A DNA stretch of 32,000 nucleotides from Dehalococcoidia bacterium (GTDB taxonomy: Bacteria; Chloroflexota; Dehalococcoidia; Lucifugimonadales; UBA1123), in contig CBDCBF010000002.1 in assembly GCA_965214185.1 (NCBI GenBank), positions 2,796-34,795 of the forward strand, in the 5' to 3' direction. The notes under the pieces are model-generated. The model was given only the letters and a program-made list of their open reading frames with translations, was not told the origin of the DNA and did no database searches. A program made the position numbers and the translations under genes. Shown one piece after another: positions 31,360 through 32,000 of this stretch (the stretch's first letter is position 1; every line of letters begins with the position of its first letter).

Positions 31360-32000
31360 TTAGTCTGCGAACAGTTGGGTGGCGGGGTTCCAGTCTGTCC
31401 ATGCGAACCAGAAGGATAGGTGGGATGGGATTCTGTCCAGTCGCCGGCCCTCGAGTTCGCCTTCTATGGCGAGGCCGGTGAATGCCATCCAGCGCGAGCC
31501 GGTTTCTTCGTCCACTAGCGTTGTGAGAACGCCGGACGCGTCGGAGTCTATGGTGAAGTTGAGGGGGCGTCCGTTTACGCTGCGGTTATAGACGAGCGCG
31601 GTTCCGCTGGGGGTGTCGAAGTATATGAGAGCATCTTGTCCGGCTACGGAGTCGTTTACGATGGGTTGAGATTCGAGTTTTTCCAGGGGGTACGCCTTCG
31701 GAACGCCGTTGAAGTTGACGCCTAGCACTAGGTCTTTGGTGGCGAGGCGGTCGTCGGTGTTGCGTTCGCCGATGACGCCGGGTCTGCCGTCCACGTAATA
31801 GCTGTCGTAGGGGTCGGATCTGAACAGATCGAGAAACTTGGTGTTCGGGTAGAGTTCCTTCCACGCGCCCCAGGTGGTTTGGGTTACAGGAATGACGTCC
31901 AGTTCGACGCCTTCGAGTTCGCCTTCGACTCCCCTGTGCAGGAACTGGCTCCAGAGTGTTCTGGTCTGGTGGTCGTACATGACGAGAACGTTCATTATCA
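31360..32000 (-). CDS. DUF3179 domain protein, N-terminus beyond the window edge
   Basis: NVLVMYDHQTRTLWSQFLHRGVEGELEGVELDVIPV matches the conserved DUF3179 core (L-v-M-y-D-x-x-T-x-s-l-W-s-Q). The frame is still open at base 32000, so the ATG at 31995 is probably internal. Confidence 0.75.
   Translation of the reverse strand, partial: IMNVLVMYDHQTRTLWSQFLHRGVEGELEGVELDVIPVTQTTWGAWKELYPNTKFLDLFRSDPYDSYYVDGRPGVIGERNTDDRLATKDLVLGVNFNGVPKAYPLEKLESQPIVNDSVAGQDALIYFDTPSGTALVYNRSVNGRPLNFTIDSDASGVLTTLVDEETGSRWMAFTGLAIEGELEGRRLDRIPSHLSFWFAWTDWNPATQLFAD

Noticed and set aside
1-32000. Search for tRNA/rRNA genes, CRISPR arrays, IS elements, integrases, prophage or defence-system genes, and toxin-antitoxin pairs
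   Set aside because: I found none. There are no regularly spaced direct repeats with unique spacers, no cloverleaf-like segments in the intergenic regions, no transposase- or recombinase-like ORFs, and no terminal inverted repeats flanking the AT-rich regions.

Overview
High-GC bacterial chromosomal segment with densely packed genes. The gene content suggests a Chloroflexota genome, possibly a marine SAR202/Dehalococcoidia-like lineage. The grounds are an 11-gene nuoABCDHIJKLMN operon without nuoEFG, -10-dominated and leaderless promoters, and many LLM-oxidoreductase, enolase-superfamily, amidohydrolase, SDR, sulfatase and MFS genes. This taxonomic call is inference only. Layout: 1-9898 (-) is the nuo operon, tightly coupled through overlapping stop/start codons, with one unexplained extra gene between nuoH and nuoI. 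10174-12326 (+) is a GT-C-like membrane glycosyltransferase gene broken into three ORFs. 12499-14818 (+) holds two uncharacterised membrane proteins. 14833-17824 (-) carries acpS, a small hypothetical, an LLM oxidoreductase and an enolase-superfamily dehydratase. 17948-19617 (+) carries folD and a rimI-like gene. 19760-20956 (+) is an MFS transporter. 21037-22692 (-) carries an amidohydrolase and an SDR. 22787-23659 (+) is an alpha/beta hydrolase. A 580-bp AT-rich spacer follows, then a decayed family-5 ABC substrate-binding gene at 24242-25788 (+). 25932-27493 (+) is pdxS-pdxT. 27910-29064 (+) is a tandem GNAT-like ORF. 28823-31287 (-) carries sppA and an arylsulfatase. 31360-32000 (-) is a partial DUF3179-like gene. 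I found no tRNA or rRNA genes, CRISPR array, transposase, integrase or recognisable defence or toxin-antitoxin genes, so I cannot claim a classical new 'system'. The most unusual items follow. (1) A heptad-repeat (xxDVHxR), tail-anchored 103-aa protein is encoded by a 21-bp minisatellite embedded in the nuo operon. (2) Slippage-type lesions cluster in the GT-C gene: a G10 tract, a 31-bp frameshifting tandem duplication and a 21-bp in-frame duplication. (3) A single-base frameshift at a C4 run separates the first TM helix of NuoL from the rest. (4) The pdxS 5' end is duplicated. (5) A recurring TGyGCTAnAAT promoter motif occurs twice exactly 6 nt upstream of an ATG, which predicts leaderless mRNAs. 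There are six or more frame disruptions in 32 kb, so either the assembly has indel errors or real gene decay is under way. This must be resolved from reads before any biology is built on the disruptions.
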